DNA of 64,000 bases from the NCBI GenBank assembly GCA_963697895.1, contig OY969100.1:1440001-1504000 (forward strand), written 5' to 3'. The notes below the pieces were generated by a model. The model had not been told where the DNA came from. It saw only the letters and a list, made by a program, of their open reading frames with translations, and searched no databases. The position numbers and the translations under genes were made by a program. This document shows, one piece after another, positions 49,101 to 58,682 of this stretch (its first letter is position 1; the number at the start of each line of letters is the position of its first letter). The stretch is from an uncultured Methanomicrobiales archaeon. Lineage in GTDB: Archaea > Halobacteriota > Methanomicrobia > Methanomicrobiales > Methanospirillaceae.

Positions 49101-52100
49101 AACTTCGTGTTCGTGAAGTTCTGCGGGCCCAGCTCCTCGTTACACGTCAGGGTGAAGTTGGCCGGAGATGCTCCTGCCTGGTACTCGTCCTTCAGCTCCT
49201 CGCTCAGGTTGTACTCGATCCCCGGCAATAAGCCGCAGATCTGGTAGTAACCCGTTGCATTTGTCGCCGTCTGGTTCAAGAATGTCCCGGTACTGTTTCG
49301 AAGCGTTATGTTCCAGCCGGGCAGGCCGGTACCGTTACAGTCCAGCTTGTACCCGTCGATGCAGAGGAATTTGGTGTTCGTGAAGTTCTGCAGGCCCAGC
49401 TCCTCGTTGCACGTAAGCGTGAAGTTGGCCGGAGCGTCCCCGGCCTGGTACCCAGTCTTCAGCTCCTCGCTCAGGTTATACTCGATCCCCGGCAATAAGC
49501 CGCAGATCTGGTAGTAACCCGTTGCATTTGTCGCCGTCTGGTTCAAGAATGTCCCGGTACTGTTTCGAAGCGTTATGTTCCAGCCGGGCAGGCCGGCACC
49601 GTTACAGTCCAGCTTGTACCCGTCGATGCAGAGGAATTTAGTGTTCGTGAAGTTCTGCGGGCCCAGCTCTTCGTTGCACGTCAGGGTGAAGTTAACAGGA
49701 GATTCTCCTGCCTGGTACCCAGTCTTCAGCTCCTCGCTCAGGTTATACTCGATCCCCGGCAATAAGCCGCAGAACTGGTAATAACCCGTAGCATTCGTCG
49801 TTGTCTGGTTGACGAATGCCCCGGTCCTGTTCCGAAGCGTGATGTTCCAGCCAAGAAGCCCGGTACCGTTACAGTCAAGCTTGTACCCGTCGATGCAGAG
49901 GAATTTGGTGTTCGTGAAGTTCTGCAGGCCCAGCTCTTCGTTGCACGTAAGCGTGAAGTTGGCCGGAGCGTCCCCGGCCTGGTACCCGGTCTTCAGCTCC
50001 TCGCTCAGGTTATACTCAATCCCGGGCAGTAAGCTGCAGAACTGATAATAGCCGGTTACATTCGTCGTTGTCTGGTTGACGAATGCCCCGGTGCTGTTTC
50101 GAAGCGTGATGTTCCAGCCAAGAAGCCCGGTACCGTTACAGTCCAGCTTGTACCCGTCGATGCAGAGGAATTTGGTGTTCGTGAAGTTCTGCAGGCCCAG
50201 CTCTTCGTTGCACGTAAGCGTGAAGTTGGCCGGAGCGTCCCCGGCCTGGTACCCGGTCTTCAGCTCCTCGCTCAGGTTATACTCAATCCCGGGCAGTAAG
50301 CTGCAGAACTGATAATAGCCGGTTACATTCGTCGTTGTCTGGTTGACGAATGCCCCGGTGCTGTTCCGCAGCGTGATGTTCCAGCCAAGAAGCCCGGTAC
50401 CGTTACAGTCAAGCTTGTACCCGTCGACACAGAGGAATTTGGTGTTCGTGAAGTTCTGGTTCGTCAGGTTCGTATTACAGAGCAGCGTCACCGGGTTCGA
50501 GGGGCCGGTGCCTGCCTGGAAGCCCGGATTCAGGGTCTCGCTCAGGTTATACTGCCCGGGTAATAATCCGCAGAACTGGTAATAGCCGGTTGCATTCGTC
50601 GTCGTTGTCGCAAGAAATCCCGGGGTACTGTTGGTCAAGTTGATCTGCCAGCCTGATAGCCCGGAACTGTTGCAGTCTCAGCTTGAACCCGCTGATACAC
50701 ATCAATTTCGTGTTCGTGAAGTTCACATTGGTCATGTTGGCGTTGGTTATAGTCGCATTCTGGCAAAGGGCCGTCAGGTTCGTCCAGCCGGGCTGCAGCT
50801 CCTCGCACACCGTGTAGTTGCCGGGCATCAGGTTGCAGATCTGGTAATACCCGGAGACGTCAGTCGTGACCAGTGCCACCTGACCGGTCTGGTTACTAAC
50901 CGTGACATTCCAGGACGGAACGCCGAGGCCAGTGCAGTTATCGATCTTGTAACCTGAGATACAGAATGTATTACCTGGACAGCTTGACACGTTAACGGTC
51001 ACATTCGCGTACGGAATAGGATCCACGATCGGGACGCCTTTCGAATTTATATAGTTCACATGTGCAGTCCCGTTATTCACCGGAAGTCCGGTCCCGGTTT
51101 GTGATGAACTCACATTGAAGGTGATATTGACAGTTTCTATGCCGTTAAGGCGCTGGTTATGATTCCCTACGTACTGGCTGATGTTCGTCCAGATATAGGT
51201 ATTATTCGGAATGTCCGACGAATTGGGGGTAAGGTTGAAACTGCTCTGGTCGACGATAATGTAGGGCTCGAGAACCTCCGTCACATTGACATAGGACGGT
51301 GAGCTGATTGAGATGATTTCGACGAAAATTGAGTCGTATACATCAGCAATAACAGATGCATTGGTTGCGAAGTAGTATGAACCACCTGTTCCTTGTGCAA
51401 TGTAGGTTAACAGATTGGGATCTACGCCACTTCCCAGTCCAATGGTATAGATCCTGATGTTAAGGCTGTTTGCAAGTGCTATTTCGTCATTAAAACTTGC
51501 GTTCGTTGAACCTCCGATATTGAATAATCCATCAGTGAGTAGAATAATAGCCTTCGTTGAATTCACATTCGGGCACCGGGTATTGTTCTGCATCATTTCC
51601 AGGGCCCGATCTACGGCACATTCTCCGCACGTGAACCCGTCGCAGGTGTTCATATCGATAGTCTGATTTGCCGCGGTGAAATTATTTCCCAGCCCCGGCG
51701 GATAAGGTGCCGGGGGATACGTTGGATTATTAACGGAAGTATCCCAGTTGATCACGCCGACCTGGTCCTTGCTTGCGTTCATTTCACCAATGAATTCCTT
51801 AGCACCGGTCAGTCGGAGTCCGGTAGGGTCATTCCCGGGTGGTGGATCTCCGCACATACTCCCGGAGCTGTCGATGGCAAAGATGATATCAAGTGGTTCC
51901 GAACTATTCGCACCACATGCAGGATTGCCGCATCCATAGCCGGTTATGGATAGGGTCACCGTGGTATTCTGCGGGAAACAGGAAGATCCTGAAATATTGA
52001 TATTTGATGGATTTACCGTTTTTATTATGGTTAAATTACCTTCCGGAGGCGGTGGGGTGGGTGGGGGGCACATGTTGGTGAAGTTCTGGTTGGTCAGGCT

Positions 52101-53348
52101 GCGGGTTGTCGTATTGATCTGCACCACCCGGTTCGGGGTGGCCGGGTCCTGGATCCAGCTTGCCTGGAGGGTCTCGTTCAACTGGTAAGAATACAACGGC
52201 AGGTTCCCAAAGAAGTAAGACCCGTTGCTCGCCGTTTTGCAGGTCAGGAAGATCCCGTTCGTCTGGTTGGTCAGGGTAATCTGCCAGCCACCGAGCCCGG
52301 TTCCGGTCGCATTCCTTTTATACCCGCTGATATTCCCGAGGATTATCTGAGAGTTGGTGAAGTTCTGGTTGAACAGGCGGGGAGTGGTGGCATTGATCTG
52401 CACCGTCCGGTTCGCGCTGACCTGGGTCCAGCCGGCTTCGAGAGTCTCGTTCAGCCAGTAGGTCCCATACGGAACTCCGGTAATATTGTAATATCCGGCA
52501 CCGAAACCCGTCTGTGTGTGGGTTACATTGAAATAGACCGGTGTCAGGGTCGTAGTATTCCGCAGCGTGATGTTCCATCCATTCAACCGGTTGTTGTCCG
52601 AGTCGATCTTATACCCGCTCACACTGCCTGTCGGTGTAGCCGCTTCACGAAGCGCAATGAGGTTAGCGACCCAATCCGCATCAGGAACAGCAACACCGTT
52701 GAAAGAGGTTCTGGATCCGGTATTCCCCCCTGAAGTCCAGTTCTCCCTTGCCGCAGCACAGGATGGACCATCACCGTCAGTGTGCTCGAATACGTAATTC
52801 CAGGTCATATTGGAAGGAACGTTGAAGTCGTCTTCCTGATCATCGAAGCCGAAGCATGCAACAAGCAGGGAGCCGGCGGGAACAACATTGATCCCCAATG
52901 CAGTCAGATCATCGCCGTTCCCCGAATTACTGCTGGAACCAAAGATTGGAGATGTCGTATTGACACCCGTATAACGCATGATGCCCCCGACTGCCCTGGC
53001 TCCATTACCTCCATAGTTGAGCGTCCAGGTGTACGAATTTGTTCCGGTCGCTGTAACGACCTTATAATAAATAGCCTCTCCAATATCGTCACCGTTATTT
53101 GTTCGATTTATGAGGTGCCATGTACCGTCGGGAGCTGTTACGGTATCATCAGAACCACCATTAAATACAATATGAGCAAGGAGGAGGTCATCTGTTTGAG
53201 CAAGGATATTTGTGAAGGTAAGAGAAGTCGTGGTCGTCAGGTTGTTCGTTGAAGAAGCATACCCTATCGCAGCAGCTGCGGGAACACTAAACAGACAAAG
53301 GGCGAGAACCAGCCCTAGAATGATGGCTATCCATTTGTTACAAAGCAT
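46151..53348 (-). CDS. Giant secreted adhesin (about 2398 aa): N-terminal beta-sandwich, vWA, 19 SdrD-B/CnaB-like domains, C-terminal PKD; 1-nt insertion at about 50678
   Basis: Signal peptide; MIDAS DSSGS...T...LTDG; repeats ISGYK...YNLSE...NFTN; WSFGDG PKD; the extra T at 50678 is visible against sister repeats (GTCTCAGC versus GTCCAGC). Confidence 0.9.
46985..48568 (-). repeat. Six tandem 264-bp units (88-aa type B domains)
   Basis: LMCISGYKLD[N/D]CT recurs every 264 bp (1584 bp = 6 x 264), near-identical DNA. Confidence 0.95.
48836..50437 (-). repeat. Six tandem 267-bp units (89-aa type A domains)
   Basis: FLC[I/V]DGYKLDCNG recurs every 267 bp (1602 bp = 6 x 267); a hybrid 267-bp unit lies at 48569-48835. 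Confidence 0.95.
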
Positions 53349-53501
53349 AAGCTAATCACCTGGATTTAAGATCATGGTGGATTTAAATTAATTTTATAAA
53401 TAAATTGCGTTTTTATTTAAACAAATAAACAAACATATTTATAATACCAGAAAAAAAACGTCACTGCTGATTAACTTCAGCCGCTCATCCGGAGGTGCAT
53501 A

Positions 53502-54446
53502 TTGAAAAGGGTTTTATTAGCCGTATTTATTCTAATCGCGTTCTTTATCGGACCAGCACTGGCCGACATCGCTCCTGGGGATGGTCCCGAAACCCAGGGG
53601 ATCGTCAGTACAACTGTGATATCGTGCCTGGGAACTGTCACGAAGGATGACCAGATCTCCTGGCGGGCAAGCAATGAATATCTGGATGCCAATTTTGATC
53701 TTTATCTGAATCTTCCAGGAGAACCGTATTACGATCCGGATCTTCCGTTGGGAGCCCAGATATGGATCGAATCAGGTGAGCCTCCCATGAAATTCCCCGG
53801 CGAGATCCAGATGGTGAGCGCGTATTCCGAAATGACAGAAGCGAAGAACGGGCTCACCGAGTATTCCAAGAGTCTGCAGGTGGACACCGCCGGGAAGGTT
53901 CTCGGCCAGAATAATGTCCAGACCCACCGGAATGTTCAGTTTGAGGCAAATCCCGAGATGGATGGCCGGATCACTTCCTCGGAAGAGCATACGATCGATC
54001 TCGCCGGATGGAATACCATGAAAGCGACATCGACGCTCTGTCCGCTTGCGCAGCCTTTCGAGATCCCCACGTGCTGGCCTCCGTTCTGCAGTATCGAGCG
54101 GGTGGGAAGCGATATCGACATGACCACGGTTTCGCTGGTCACCGAAGCTTCGTCCAGAACGATCTCCCCGGGTGATAATTTCCAGGACACGCCGATACCG
54201 GGTATTGCTGATGTACCGGTCAACCTGCACTATAATATTGCCGTAACGGGACTATCTCCTGTGACATATGCCGAAGGAAATGTCGTAGCCTATATGGATG
54301 TCCATTCCCAGGATGGCACATCTGACTGTTCTTTACCGAATGTCGGATCGGAAGTTGTTTATAACGAAAAAACGGCTGCAGACGGTATTATTGGCGCATT
54401 TACCAAGACGATGGATTATACATCCGGCGTCCTGCGACCGTTCTGA
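53502..54446 (+). CDS. Secreted beta-rich protein, possible Methanospirillum-type major sheath protein (MspA/SH) homologue
   Basis: Signal peptide, PETQGI start of the mature region, S/T/V-rich alternating strands, CP...PPFC, C-terminal FTKTMDYTSG; family assignment is from memory only. Confidence 0.5.
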   Translation: MKRVLLAVFILIAFFIGPALADIAPGDGPETQGIVSTTVISCLGTVTKDDQISWRASNEYLDANFDLYLNLPGEPYYDPDLPLGAQIWIESGEPPMKFPGEIQMVSAYSEMTEAKNGLTEYSKSLQVDTAGKVLGQNNVQTHRNVQFEANPEMDGRITSSEEHTIDLAGWNTMKATSTLCPLAQPFEIPTCWPPFCSIERVGSDIDMTTVSLVTEASSRTISPGDNFQDTPIPGIADVPVNLHYNIAVTGLSPVTYAEGNVVAYMDVHSQDGTSDCSLPNVGSEVVYNEKTAADGIIGAFTKTMDYTSGVLRPF

Positions 54447-54590
54447 TCCCTATCTTTTTTTAAGAATCACAAGAATCGTATCAATCATCTATTGTAGGAA
54501 TTAATCTCTTGCAGAGTTATCGAATTCTATTCAGGCTGGAAGAGTTCCTTAAAAGGGGCGTTTATGATATGTTCTGAAAAAATAAGTAAA

Positions 54591-54663
54591 CGCCCAGGTC
54601 GGAATTCGAATCCGAGTCGTCTGCGTGACAGGCAGACATGATGGGCCGCTACACTACCTGGGC
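54591..54663 (-). tRNA. tRNA-Asp(GTC)
   Basis: Reverse complement GCCCAGG...TCTGC-CT-GTC-AC-GCAGA...TTCGAAT...CCTGGGCG. Confidence 0.95.
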
Positions 54664-54683
54664 ACCGGTATTCCTGCAAGTTA

Positions 54684-54790
54684 TCCCGCCTCCCGGAGTC
54701 GAACCGGGGACATCGCGGTAGCCGCGCAGTTGCCTCGAATCGGCAAACCATACTACAGCCGCGCACTCTACCAGGCTGAGTTAAGGCGGG
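54684..54790 (-). tRNA. tRNA-Tyr(GTA) with 33-nt intron at 37/38 (intron 54720-54752)
   Basis: CCCGCCT/AGGCGGG acceptor, CGCGG-CT-GTA-G[intron]A-CCGCG, bulge-helix-bulge-like pairing. Confidence 0.93.
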
Positions 54791-54866
54791 GTATTGCGCT
54801 CTTAATATTGGAATATACAGTTATTAAACGTATCGTATTTCTGCCACGGGCTCCGCTACCCGGTGC

Positions 54867-54880
54867 TTTTTTTATAGTAT
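54867..54880 (+). promoter_or_regulatory. TATA box for a probable leaderless transcript starting near ATG 54900
   Basis: TTTATA at 54871-54876, centred about 26-27 nt upstream of ATG 54900. Confidence 0.6.
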
Positions 54881-54899
54881 GAGCGCACTAGTTGTGAGT

Positions 54900-54944
54900 A
54901 TGTCTCGCACCAACAGGGAAGCGGGCGGTTGTTTTCTTTGTTGA
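54900..54944 (+). other. 14-codon upstream ORF MSRTNREAGGCFLC* overlapping the leuA frame; candidate +1 frameshift leader
   Basis: ATG TCT CGC ACC AAC AGG GAA GCG GGC GGT TGT TTT CTT TGT TGA; leuA is in the +1 frame. Confidence 0.6.
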
Positions 54945-56469
54945 AGGCAACGGCAAGAGAGAAGTAACTGTTTTCGACACCACTCTCCGGGATGGTGAAC
55001 AGACACCGGGAATTTCATTTAAATTCGATCAGAAACTTGAGATTGCCCGCCAGTTATCGGAGATCGGTGTGCATGTGATCGAAGCCGGGTTTCCAGCATC
55101 ATCAGAAGGAGAGCGGGAGACGGTGGCGGCAGTTGCCGGACTCGGGCTGAATGCCCAGATTTGTGGTCTCGCTCGGTCGAAGAAAGAGGATGTGGATGCA
55201 TGCCTGGACTGCGATGTGGACCTGGTACATGTATTCATTCCGACCTCTGATGTACAGCGGGTACACACGATCAACAAGTCCCGGGACGAAGTTCTCGAAA
55301 TCACGGGGGAGATGATCACGTATGTCCGTGACCACAGCCCCAGATGCATGTTCTCAGCCATGGATGCGACCCGTACGGACCCCGATTTCCTTATGCAGGT
55401 CCTGAAAACGGCGACCGAAGCGGGTGCCACCATCCTGAACATTCCCGACACCGTGGGGGTCATTACTCCTTCTGGAATGAAACGCCTGATATCTATGATT
55501 ACGAAGGAGATTTCATGTCCGATCGATGTGCATTGCCATAACGACTTCGGTCTGGCAGTCGCGAACACCATAAGTGCCGTGGAATCCGGTGCCTCACAGG
55601 TCCAGGTGACGGTAAACGGTCTCGGTGAACGGGCAGGGAATGCCGATCTTGCACAGACGGTGATGGTGCTCGAATCCATCTTCGGCCTGACAACCGGAAT
55701 CAGGAAGGAGCGCCTCGTGGAGACCTCACGTCTGATATCCCGGTATTCCGGAATCGGTATTCCGCCAATTCAACCGATCGTGGGAGATAATGCATTTTCG
55801 CACGAAAGCGGGATCCACTCGCATGGGGTCATCGCGTGTGCCGCAACATTCGAACCGGGTATCATGACACCGGAGATGGTGGGTCACCGCCGGAAGCTTA
55901 CCCTCGGGAAACACGTCGGAAGGCACGCGGTGAGGCAGATGCTGGGAGAAGCACATATCAGTCCGAACGATGCAGAACTGGATTCCATCGTCGAGAAGGT
56001 AAAGTCCATCGCGCTAAAGGGAAAAAGGGTGACCGATGCAGACTTATACGAGATTGCGGACAGTGTAACGGGCACCGGAAATGGCGGACGGGTTATCGTG
56101 CTCGAGGACCTCGCGATCATGACCGGAAACCATGTGATTCCGACCGCGAGCGTGAAGGCACAGGTAAACGGGAAAGAGCAGGTATATTCGAGCACGGGAA
56201 ACGGACCGGTGGATGCGGCATTGAATGCCATCCTGGGCCTGGTCCCGACCCGTATCCTGTTGAAGGAGTTTAGCATAGAAGCAATTTCGGGCGGATCGGA
56301 TGCGATTGGTCATGTAACCATCGCGGTCGAGGATGAACAGGGACGCGTCTTCGATGCGAGTGCATCAGGGGATGATATCGTCCTTGCATCGGCAGAAGCG
56401 ATGATCAATGCGATCAATCTGTTGCACCGGCTGCAAACAAAAAATTATTCCGAAAATACCGAACGATAA
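54900..56469 (+). CDS. leuA: 2-isopropylmalate synthase (about 522 aa if entered from ATG 54900 via a +1 shift)
   Basis: FDTTLRDGEQTPG at about 54973 lies upstream of the first in-frame start (GTG 55069); FSAMDATRT, HCHNDFG, GLGERAGNA, C-terminal regulatory domain GNGPVDA. Confidence 0.88.
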
Positions 56470-56477
56470 AAAGAAGT

Positions 56478-56837
56478 CTATGCCGCGCTCGGGGGTTTTC
56501 CCTCGAGCGCCTGCCGGATCTGTGCCTGCAACTGTTCAAACTTTTCCGCGAGCATCTTCTCTTGCTTTTCCAGGGATTTTATCCGGAGTTCGAGTGATTC
56601 GGCCTTCTCTTGCAACTTGATGACGATTTCCGGCTTTTTCTTCTGCATCATAACCGTTCCGACACTCATGAAGACATTTCCGTCATCCGGCACATCTGCA
56701 AGTTCCTCTATCGCACGCTTCGTCTCGCGGAGGGCGATATCGTACTGGGTCTTCTGTGCCTGAACGGTCTGCAGCTGTCCCTGCATCTGTTGCAGCATGG
56801 CGATCTGATTCTGAACCTTTGGTGAAATAGTATTCAT
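56478..56837 (-). CDS. pfdB: Prefoldin beta subunit
   Basis: Coiled coil with SVGTVMM hairpin, LELRIKSLEKQE. Confidence 0.94.
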   Translation of the reverse strand: MNTISPKVQNQIAMLQQMQGQLQTVQAQKTQYDIALRETKRAIEELADVPDDGNVFMSVGTVMMQKKKPEIVIKLQEKAESLELRIKSLEKQEKMLAEKFEQLQAQIRQALEGKPPSAA

Positions 56838-56839
56838 TC

Positions 56840-57094
56840 TTATTCTTCTCCCGAAATCTGAACAAGTTCCTGCATTTCTCTGGCAACATTGGTGAGCCGG
56901 AGCCACATGTTCAATGAAGCCCGGAGCGCGGGGATATCTGCTGCGGTAATCCGTAGGATCATGGATCCCGGTTCATCGCACCAGCATTCGGCAGCTGACC
57001 TTTGATTCACCTCTCCCTCCATTTCAGGTCTTATAGCGGCGAGAACAGTATTCACGTCCTTACACCTGAACCTGAAAATTGCCTCATGTTCCAT
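56840..57094 (-). CDS. pcc1: KEOPS complex subunit Pcc1
   Basis: ITAADIPALRASLNMWLRL; conserved operon position. Confidence 0.9.
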   Translation of the reverse strand: MEHEAIFRFRCKDVNTVLAAIRPEMEGEVNQRSAAECWCDEPGSMILRITAADIPALRASLNMWLRLTNVAREMQELVQISGEE

Positions 57095-57491
57095 AGGGAT
57101 TCAATTCGAGCATATAATGTCGTCTTTTGGTGCCATCATACGTCAAAGTACCTTTCATCCCCTCTGACAGGACAACCGGTACAAATTGACGCAGCTTCTC
57201 ATAAATCGATTGGTTTGAGACGAAAATGCCTCTGGTAAATTCCTTTTCCCGGAAATTCACATTCCCCGACTGAACAAGATAATCGGCCGCGATGCCGTCT
57301 GTTGTAACTAATTGCAGGCGAATGCTCTTTTTTTCGCTAGATACAATAAAAAAAACCGGATATTTTTCCCGGATTTCATCCATACTGAGTTTTCCGCGGA
57401 TGAGATACTCACATTCCAAGGCGAATGCGAGATCCCGGGCAAGTGATCGCACCTCTGGTACAGGTTTCCTCGACGTGGTGACGACCGTCAT
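57084..57491 (-). CDS. Short Brix/Imp4-like protein
   Basis: TTSRKP...RSLARDLA...RGKLSM; sits between rpoP and pcc1. Confidence 0.78.
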   Translation of the reverse strand: MTVVTTSRKPVPEVRSLARDLAFALECEYLIRGKLSMDEIREKYPVFFIVSSEKKSIRLQLVTTDGIAADYLVQSGNVNFREKEFTRGIFVSNQSIYEKLRQFVPVVLSEGMKGTLTYDGTKRRHYMLELNPYGT

Positions 57492-57625
57492 CGAGCTTTC
57501 AGCTCTTTGATCGCTGCTCCCCGCTCTTTAAACAGGATACGATGCCCGCAATATGGGCATCTGACATTTACATCGATCTCGACCTTCTGCTTGCATCGTG
57601 CACATTTATAGGATCCGCCCGCCAC
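57488..57625 (-). CDS. rpoP: DNA-directed RNA polymerase subunit P (missed by the ORF track; start GTG 57625 or ATG 57634)
   Basis: [40 protein letters not shown]. Confidence 0.95.
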   Translation of the reverse strand: MAGGSYKCARCKQKVEIDVNVRCPYCGHRILFKERGAAIKELKAR

Positions 57626-57630
57626 AGGCC

Positions 57631-57921
57631 TCATGCCTCCTTCTGGATCGAGCGCTCTATTGTTCGAAGCGCGATGCGGAGTGTGGGAGTCTGCGGCTGA
57701 TACGCACCGCCGGCAAATTTAAAGCCGCATTTCCTGCATCCCCAGATGCCGGTACCCATCCTGCGAACAGCAACCACATCGCAGCGCGGGCAACGGTGGG
57801 CTGCACGGGAGACTGCTTCCATTTCAGCTACGCGTTTCCGCACAAATCTTCCATAGCGCGGTCCAAAACGACCTGCACTGCCGGTAACTCTTCCCTTTGC
57901 TTTCTGTTTCGCCCTGCTCAT
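57631..57921 (-). CDS. rpl37ae: 50S ribosomal protein L37Ae
   Basis: [12 protein letters not shown]...GIWGCRKCG...AGGAY. Confidence 0.97.
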   Translation of the reverse strand: MSRAKQKAKGRVTGSAGRFGPRYGRFVRKRVAEMEAVSRAAHRCPRCDVVAVRRMGTGIWGCRKCGFKFAGGAYQPQTPTLRIALRTIERSIQKEA

Positions 57922-57965
57922 GAGGATTCACTATCCGATATGTCTGTTATCATACGTCATCTGAA

Positions 57966-58670
57966 TTAATATACTTGATCGAGGTGCCTGACCTCGCCCT
58001 GCCCTTTCGTGATCCGGTTGATCAGATCATAAAATTCCGCCTGTATTCCGGCCGGAATCCGGACCACACAGATCCATGATCCGTCCTTCTGCCATTCGTC
58101 CTTCTCAATAACGGCTGAAGTTCTGATCTCGGTAAATGCCCGGGCCGCAAAATCCGGTGGGATCTTTACTGCTATACGAATCTCCTCAAACCTGATGGGA
58201 ATGATTGGCCTGATCGCCTTCATCGTGTCCTTCACCAGTTCGTCGAGGTGCTTGAACGGGTCGATATTGACCTTTGCCTCTTCCATCGCCATCTCTATGC
58301 GCTGGGGAGGATGAGGATGTCCCGTCTGGGGATTTATCGCATTCCGTGCGATGAACGTGATCACCTGTCTCCGTTTCTCAACAATCATCCTGCGCCTTTG
58401 GTCTGCAGTGAGGTGTATCTCTCCTTTTTCTATGATCCTGCGTGCGATTGCGGCGAAGTCGGTGGTATGAAAAACCTTGATCAGGGCTTCCTCTGAAGCC
58501 CGTGTCCCATGGGATGCATTCTCAAAAACAGAGAGGGCAGCGACAACATCTTCGATATCGAGATCCTCTCCCTGCCGGAGCCGGACAGCCTGATCGGGAT
58601 CCACCAGGATCTCGAATCGTTCGCCGTGACTCTCAAGACGGGCAGTAACAGCCTGATCGAGCGGGATCAT
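57966..58670 (-). CDS. Ribosome maturation factor SBDS/Sdo1
   Basis: GERFEILVDP, INPQTGHPHPPQRIE. Confidence 0.95.
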   Translation of the reverse strand: MIPLDQAVTARLESHGERFEILVDPDQAVRLRQGEDLDIEDVVAALSVFENASHGTRASEEALIKVFHTTDFAAIARRIIEKGEIHLTADQRRRMIVEKRRQVITFIARNAINPQTGHPHPPQRIEMAMEEAKVNIDPFKHLDELVKDTMKAIRPIIPIRFEEIRIAVKIPPDFAARAFTEIRTSAVIEKDEWQKDGSWICVVRIPAGIQAEFYDLINRITKGQGEVRHLDQVY

Positions 58671-58682
58671 GAGGGGGCCTGC

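Noticed and set aside
46985-50437. CRISPR array or diversity-generating retroelement in the repeat region
   Set aside because: Units are 264/267-bp in-frame coding repeats with no spacers; differences are not adenine-specific and no reverse transcriptase or cas gene is present.
43300-54663. Integrated element ending at tRNA-Asp
   Set aside because: No integrase or transposase, and I could not find a duplicated tRNA 3' end at the other side.
54720-54752. tRNA-Tyr intron as a novelty
   Set aside because: Canonical 37/38 position with bulge-helix-bulge-like structure; ordinary for methanogen tRNA-Tyr.
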